Below, piece after piece: positions 63,831-64,000 of a stretch of 64,000 nt of DNA (position 1 is its first letter; each line of letters begins with the position of its first letter). Made by a program: the position numbers and the translations under genes. The stretch spans positions 384,276,001 through 384,340,000 of the forward strand of contig OZ024741.1 of assembly GCA_964016885.1 (NCBI GenBank). Reading direction: 5' to 3'. The notes beneath the pieces are model-generated. The model was given only the letters and a program-made list of their open reading frames with translations, did not search any database and was not told where the DNA came from. Source of the stretch: Eledone cirrhosa. Lineage: Eukaryota.

Positions 63831-64000
63831 AGGTCACATCGATTGACACTGCCATCTGAACAGTAGTTAATTTTAGCAGAGTATACTCTGGTGCAAGTTT
63901 TTGGACCAGGTCTCTGATTTAAAGACACCTTAATCCTACAAGTCTGTGAGACCCTATAAACAGTCATAGCCATCTATACTCCTCTGCTTAAGCCCTTAAT

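Overview
This window is AT-rich, microsatellite-dense animal DNA made almost entirely of retroelements. It is probably cephalopod: the tRNA-derived SINEs resemble octopus SINEs, which is an inference. No host protein-coding gene, rRNA, true tRNA or CRISPR array is recognisable. Main contents: (1) A ~19-kb same-orientation, head-to-tail cluster (16.8-35.7 kb, minus strand) of five Tx1-like L1-clade non-LTR retrotransposons, joined by (GATA)n tracts at every junction but one. Two copies are full-length with intact ORF1 and ORF2. A sixth 5'-truncated copy at 10.4 kb lies in the same repeat on the opposite strand. (2) A related, decayed Tx1-like family sitting in (AAT)n, back-to-back with an R4/Dong-like RLE element ending in (TAA)n. 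(3) Many Penelope-like (RT/GIY-YIG) fragments with more than a dozen minimal type-I hammerhead motifs, including small non-coding fold-back elements that carry two inverted hammerheads. (4) An internally deleted RTE derivative with a decayed HDV-like fold, CRE-like 3' fragments, SINEs and MITE-like hairpins. All family assignments come from motif recognition by eye; no database searches were run.
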